A stretch of 64,000 nt of DNA from Glycera tridactyla (lineage: Eukaryota): the NCBI GenBank assembly GCA_965644265.1, contig OZ286465.1, forward strand, positions 85,994,001-86,058,000, in the 5' to 3' direction. The notes beneath the pieces are model-generated. The model was not told the DNA's origin and did not search any database. It was given only the letters and a program-made list of their open reading frames with translations. Positions 62,939 through 64,000 of this stretch are shown here, piece after piece (within the stretch, counting starts at the first letter, position 1; each line of letters begins with the position of its first letter). A program made the position numbers and the translations under genes.

Positions 62939-64000
62939 GTGCAGAATAGAACTGAAAATAGAGTGTGAAACGGAAGTAGGCAAACTGATATCCAGTTGGC
63001 TTAGTGTATAGAAGTAATTCATCCATGTTGTTATAAAGATGAAGGCAGTGAGGATGGAGTGTAGATAATGGTAGATGTTGAATGAATATTTAACATCTTA
63101 TCACACTAGTGCATGTTAACTGTCAATATCAGCTGGGATTCCTCCTTCTCAACAACAGCCCACCTTGCTTCTCACCTGCCAACCCCACCCACTAACACAC
63201 ACACCCTAACGCCCATCTCTCTCCTCATCAACACCCAATAGAAAATCAATGCAAGCATGATGCAAGATACAGTCAAACCTACGCTGAGAGAACACCTGAA
63301 GTGACAACTAAAAATCCCAAAGAACAGGAGGTGTTTTGGCTGTGATAGATTTGATTGGAGTTCAGCCTACACTGAGGGCCACTCCTCTACAAAACAACCT
63401 ATGATACCCAAAAATTAGTATTTTCATTTTAACAAAATCTCAAATTAAAGGCCAGGATGGAGTATAGTTATCATAGAATTTGCCAGTTTACACAACTTTT
63501 GCAAATATAAAACATCACTGATCAGTGTCTATTCATTGGAAAAGAACCTTGCACCTCACTGCTCATCAAGAGAGCAAGGCTTTCAGTAGAATGTATTGTG
63601 ATCAGTTTTCTCTCCCATGGCAAATGAAGCTTACTCAGTTCACATTAATATCTCTGAAATATGTGGGCACCAAACTATTTTCAGTAGGAACACCTCCGTG
63701 TGTGATATCTTAAGGATGCATAGAAATTGTTAATAATACTGAGGGTGTGAGACTGATATGTTGCGTATCAGAGACCGATATGTTGCAGATATGTGGATGA
63801 CAAGAGGCTTTATTGATTGCTTGGATTACCAAAAGCCTCACTGAGTGTCACATGCGAGCATGAAGAATTGAAGTGGCCGGGGCAAGGTCAAGCAGGCCAG
63901 TATGAATGTCCTCCTCAAATTCATATCATGATGATATTAGAAGATATTCAGGTCACAGGTCACGGTCATCATTCAATACTGAGTTTCTAGGTCAGACAGA

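Noticed and set aside
53514-64000. Search for the upstream CELSR cadherin-repeat exon; ORFs at 55208, 56427 and 59648
   Set aside because: No cadherin motifs (DxD, LDxE, DxND) recognised in any of them.

Overview
Animal (invertebrate-like, AT-rich, CpG-poor) genomic DNA with no prokaryotic features. The whole window appears to lie inside one minus-strand CELSR/Flamingo (starry night) gene. Four exons can be spliced by eye with GT-AG boundaries and matching phases: 53513-53161, 22246-22072, 18327-18202 and 11515-11242. They encode the membrane-proximal non-cadherin domain, EGF1-3 and the start of LamG1. The introns between them are 30.9, 3.7 and 6.7 kb. I found no neighbouring exon in the last 10.5 kb or first 11.2 kb. 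The introns hold about 20 pogo/Tigger-like MITE copies or fragments (CAGT...ACTG, TA target site), CAG-ended hAT-like elements with unusual 6-bp (and possibly 5-bp) target duplications, three nested insertions, a Helentron/DINE-1-like element with a 145-bp tandem array, SINE-like relics, microsatellites and three N gaps. Apart from the frames overlapping the CELSR exons, the supplied ORFs look non-coding. I did not find a convincing new multi-gene system. The most interesting signals are a 13-residue Cys-pair duplication in CELSR EGF3, the non-canonical TSD elements, the nuclear-receptor-motif-rich tandem array and candidate RFX X-boxes.
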